Shown here in pieces: positions 59,381 to 64,000 of a stretch of DNA of 64,000 nt (position 1 is the first letter of the stretch; every line of letters begins with the position of its first letter). The notes beneath the pieces are model-generated. The model worked only from the letters and a program-made list of their open reading frames with translations. It made no database searches and was not told where the DNA came from. Origin of the DNA: the human T2T-CHM13v2.0 reference genome, Homo sapiens; assembly GCF_009914755.1 (NCBI RefSeq), contig NC_060934.1; one strand, written 5' to 3'. The translations under genes were made by a program, and so were the position numbers.

Positions 59381-61329
59381 CTATGTATATTATAATTTCA
59401 GCCATTTGCAACATTTTTACTATACTTTAAATGTAATATTTGTGCATACATAATATAATAGGCTATATTTGTTTATATATCTTAAATGCATTAAAAGAAT
59501 ATGTGGTACCTGTTACTGTGCTTAGAACAGCTGTAGGAATTATGATTTACAAGCATGTATAATATGCTATCTACCTTTCATTCTGCTTGGAAAAGGATGA
59601 CATATATGAGTAAAATAGTGAGTGATATCATCCAAATTGTATGATATACATTATCATATAATAGTATAATATACGAAAAGTGTGTGTTAGAGGCAGCAAA
59701 TCCTATAGGAGTTTTGTTAAAAATGAGTTCAATGTAGTCATATGTCATCAAGTAGAACTTTTTGGGGGAGATGAGGACTAAACATGGATGGATGCCAAAA
59801 AATCGCATTGGCTTGTGTACACACAAACTGGACCTGCTGAGATCCATCTGCTTTAGGATTAAGGTTCCTCTAAAACTGAAGAGCGTCATGAATTTTCTGG
59901 TTCTGAAAATACTTTTAGCACAGTGGCCCCATGAATCTCTATGCCCTGTGACTGCTTTATATTACTCCGATGTAGCCAAAGAAGTTTACTTGGAATTCTA
60001 GCACCTGCCTTTGCTCATTGGCAAATCCCACTGCTTGACCCATACCATTTTCCCACAGCTCCCACTTTACCTGAGTTTTGTCCTGGACGGTCTGTCCCAC
60101 CATGCTCTCACCTAAATCCAGCCTTCCTACAATAGCATCCTTCCTTGATTCCTGTTCTCATTGAGACTACCTTCCTGGCCCCTTTGCCAGTGTTCTCCGC
60201 TAAAGAGATGTTCCCCACAGCTTCTGTGGCTGGCTTCTCCAGAACTTTCTAACTCCCTATACCAATCTGTAGGAAGCCTCACAGTCAGTATTATGCTGTG
60301 TTCTCCATGGCTGAGTCAGATATTCAGAACGTGTGTTTTAAAAGTAGTAACAGCTTCACCATAGCAAAAGCATAGCAAAGAAAGGCAGTAAATCCTGACA
60401 CAATTATGAATCTCAAATGTATTCTTTCTTGCTGTGCTATTAGATATGAGCAATAATAGTTTATAAGGATATATGTAGGCTTTTGATAATTTCTATTTTT
60501 AATTTGCTATGAATAATATATATGTGAAAAGAAAATATTTGTGTTCAAGATGAGTCAGTATTTTGCTTATTAAATATATGTCCTATCACGGTGTATAAAT
60601 AAGCATACCACTTTGAAACAATTAAATGTTTTGCAATAAAATAAAATTCAGATATAAAATAGTTACACATTTTTCAAATTAGTCTATTTTTATCAAGGTT
60701 TATAATCACTTTCCAGTACATGAAAATTATCATATAAATAATTTAATAGAAGACTCTGCTCTCTTCACATTTCAAAGTTTATTTTTTAGGTATAGAAAAA
60801 AATCAATATTTTTTTTCTCATTTTCACTCCTAGAATTAGAATCCAAATCATTTTTAGGTATTTCTTTTAATGCTTACTTTTAAATTTACCTAACTGTAAT
60901 TTTATCCAGCGGTGAAAATCTACAGGATCAGGGTCACCTTGCCCTGTGTCAAGCTATTCCACTTCTTAACTGTCTCTGTACTTAAAAATCTATGTCATTT
61001 GATATTAAATTCTGAGTTTGTGTTTATTTAATTTTAAAGCCAAAGATAAAATAGTTCAACACAGGAACATTATCCCAGAAATGTTGTTACTACCTGGTCA
61101 TTTGGCCACTGAAACTGAAGACCAGATGGGAAAACATCTAATGGTTTCTCATTAATACAGAGAATGTAGTTCAATAGAAGAGGCAATATGTTTGTTGTTG
61201 TGGCCAGCATTAAAATAAAAGTAATCAAGAAGGTAAAGACTACTGATGTAGGTTGGGAGACAGGAGTTGGGGAGAGGGATTTAGTCACTATGTTTAATAG
61301 AAATATATAACAGAGTCATTGATTATTAA

Positions 61330-61490
61330 ACTATGAAGATATTTAAAGATCACTAATACAAACTCCTCACTTTCCTAGAAAAAATTGAGGCACAAAGAAG
61401 GTAAGTGGCTTAACCCAGTATAATCCAAAAAATTAATAATTAACCAAGACTAGGATATCATCTCGTGACTTTCAGTCAGTACTCTTTTGG
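61330..61490 (-). mobile_element. MIR fragment
   Basis: aaattgaggcacaaagaaggtaagtggcttaaccca. Confidence 0.55.
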
Positions 61491-62047
61491 CCTTTGAAAA
61501 AATACAGACCTGCGTAAGTATTTATATGCACCAATATTTGGAGAAAATATATAAGGAGGAAGACGAGAGGGAAGAAGAGGCAGATGACGAGGAGGAAGAA
61601 GAAGAAATCCATGAAAAAGCTACTGAGAATCAGTGAATACTTCTAATAAAAAATGGACACCAATTTAAATCTGTTGCTATCTGGAAATTCTCTTTCTTCA
61701 CCACATATATTTAAGAATTACTAAATAAATGTTAGAAATCAAGCAAAAACATAACTTGTGACTCCCCTTGAGTCATAGTTTGACCACTGTTGCTCATCCA
61801 GGGCAACCTGTGAAGAGTCATTATCTAGAAAGATTCGCCTGAATAAGGCAGACATTGGACCAAAGCAGCCTCACCCTATGACTAGGACTCGATTTCAGTA
61901 AGTTGTGTTTCCTGTATATTTTTGTTCAGAAAGTGGTACCTGTTCCTCACTGGTCTATCAGACTCATTAAATGTCAAGGATTCTTAAATGGGTTGTAACT
62001 TTGAGGCATCTTCTCTTTTGCAGTTTTGGTTTTGTTTCTTTGCTTAG

Positions 62048-62086
62048 GTTTCAGGGTGAAAAGTTGATGAAAATAACATTGGTATG
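62048..62086 (+). other. Candidate microexon (27, 34 or 39 nt depending on splice sites); open frame FQGEKLMKITL
   Basis: Long pyrimidine tract, AGs ending at 62047 and 62054, GT donors at 62082 (gtatgg) and 62087 (gtaatt). Confidence 0.35.
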
Positions 62087-62670
62087 GTAATTTGATTATG
62101 ATAAATATAAATAAAGGTTAGATGTTCTAAGACATAGTTAAATTCAAAGGACACCTGTAAGAAAGTGGAAAGATAGCTGTAAAAAGTTTCACTGACAAAA
62201 ATATAGATTCTTTCTCAAGCCTCATATTCAGAAATTCTGATGTAGGAATATACAATTTTAAAAGAAACTTCCAGAGTATTTTAAAGGTCGTCCAAGGTTT
62301 GAAAAACACTGACTTACACTGTCTAAATATTGGCTGTTATGATTAACTGATAAAGTTTATATTCAATTCATTGTGTATCATGTTTTGACTAGTTTATTGT
62401 TGCTTTTATGTGTTTGTTTATGCTTTTACTCTGTGTTTGGATTATTCATAGCTTCCTTAACACCCATTACCGTAGTTTATTGAGAGTTGGCTCGGTTGCT
62501 TTGGAAAGCTATATTTCTGCAATTCTACAACTCCATACTTTTGTAATTAAAATAGAGTTCAGACTTATTATTTGGAACTACCTTTAGGGGTAACTGGCAA
62601 AACACATAAAGAAATTAGCCTCACTGCTATAGCTATGCCTCATATTTTTTCCCCAAAAAGATATCTAGAT

Positions 62671-62869
62671 CTGAGCCTTCCAATATGACAGCCACTGGCA
62701 ACATATGGCTATTTAAAGTTAGTTAAAATTAAATACAATTTAAAATCTAGTTCCCCAGTCATACCAGCATCATATCAAATCCTCAGTAGGCACAGTAAAT
62801 ACTTGGTATTTAACCTCTCGATATTAAACAGCATAAATATAAAGCAAAAAGTTCTATTGGACAGCACTC
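62671..62869. mobile_element. MER3 (hAT-Charlie)
   Basis: cagccactggcaacatatggctattta...aagttctattggacagcact; 8-bp TSD atctagat/atctagaa. Confidence 0.85.
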
Positions 62870-63122
62870 ATCTAGAATGACCACCTACCCTATTCACAAG
62901 ACTAGTCTGTAGAACTTTTAATTATTTGCAATACTTAAATCCACTTTTAAAGGGTAAAAGAATTTGCCAACACTAAAGATAGTCAAATAATTTTGCCATA
63001 GGATCTAAGGGAGGGGACAGTGCTCGTATTTTGAGCAATATCTCAAATACATGCAGTTTAGGGACTGTGGATGACTATAGATGAATAGCACAGCTTTTAT
63101 ATGAATATGTACATTTTGGTAG

Positions 63123-63335
63123 TGTACCAGGTATATTCTGCCTGCCCCTCCAGGTCCACTCTTCACTGCTGTCTACCCTGCTCTCTGCCCCAGAAGCTGA
63201 CTGTAGTTACTATGCCAATGGACTTCCTTACACTTTGTCTTCCAGTAGGTTTGGTATGGAGTATGAGATCAGGATATTGTCTCCCACTCCCTTCTAAAAA
63301 GGTCTCAAAGGCTGACTGCACTGCACAACCCAAGG
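63123..63335 (+). mobile_element. LTR33-like 5' fragment
   Basis: tgtaccaggtat...tgcccctccaggtccactct...accctgctctctgccccagaagctgac. Confidence 0.65.
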
Positions 63336-63710
63336 TATATCAGTTATCTATTGTGGTGTAACGAACTATCTCAAAATTTAATGACTTAAAACAACAATAA
63401 TGTATTCATTCTCACAATTTGATGGGTTTTCTGCGTTAATAAGTAATCTAAGAAGTTCCTCTTTTCCATGTTTTGTTGGCTTATGCGATTACATTGAACA
63501 GGGAGGTCTGCTTAAGTCAGAACCTGTCTGGCATCTCAGTTGGAGTAGCTAGAACAGCTCAGGGTGGCTGATCTTTTCTCTATATATTACAGTTGAATGA
63601 CACTACATCATTGCTCAGGGGTTCAAGAGGAGGAAAGTACAAGTTTCTAGACCTCTGAAAGTCTAGGCCTGGAACTGGTCCAGCATTACATCCACAACAT
63701 TACATCTACT
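63336..63710 (-). mobile_element. Old MLT1 (I/J/K-like) LTR
   Basis: tcagttatctattgtggtgtaac...gacttaaaacaacaat...tctcacaattt. Confidence 0.65.
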
Positions 63711-63714
63711 GCAT

Positions 63715-64000
63715 CTTTTTTTTTTTTCCTCCTTTGAGATAGGGTCTTGCTCTGTCACCCAGGCTGGAGTGCAGTGGTGTGATCATGACTCAGTGCAGCC
63801 TGAAACTCCCGGGGGCTCAAGTGATCCTCCTACCTTAGCCTCCCCAGTAGCTGGGACTACAGGTGTGGGCTACCATGACCAGCTAATTTTTTAATTACTA
63901 TTTTTTTAGTAGAGGTGTGGTCTCACCATGTTGCCCAGGCTTGTCTCAAATCCCTGGGCTCAAGCAATCAGCCTGCCTCTGCCTCCCAAAGTGCTGGGAT
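63715..64000 (-). mobile_element. AluJ (runs off the window end)
   Basis: gagatagggtcttgctctgtcacccagg...gggctcaagtgatcctcc. Confidence 0.93.

Overview
This is an AT-rich, CpG-depleted primate genomic window (AluY, AluS, AluJ, L1PA, THE1 and MST elements point to human or another catarrhine). It reads as the inside of a very large intron or an intergenic region. I found no credible long protein-coding ORF, RNA gene or CRISPR array, and the ORFs I could trace are Alu, L1 or LTR read-throughs. The main structure is a ~10.2 kb minus-strand ERV1 (MER4-group) provirus (8396-18602) with paired LTRs, a degenerate tRNA-Leu PBS, a PPT and a 4-bp TSD. It contains an L1, which contains a full-length MSTA element, which contains an AluSc; it also contains an MSTB-like solo LTR and an AluJ. 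Other structure includes a second nest (L1 > Tigger3 > Alu), three twin-priming L1 inversions, a MADE1 hairpin, a closely spaced inverted Alu pair, an old ~210-bp local duplication and several short tandem duplications. The best candidates for host-gene function are two or three tiny + strand exon-like segments (46969-46993, ~62048-62086, weaker 2440-2484) in repeat-poor DNA; I could not identify the gene. Repeat subfamily names come from recalled consensus sequences and need RepeatMasker/Dfam confirmation. I do not see a convincing previously undescribed biological system.
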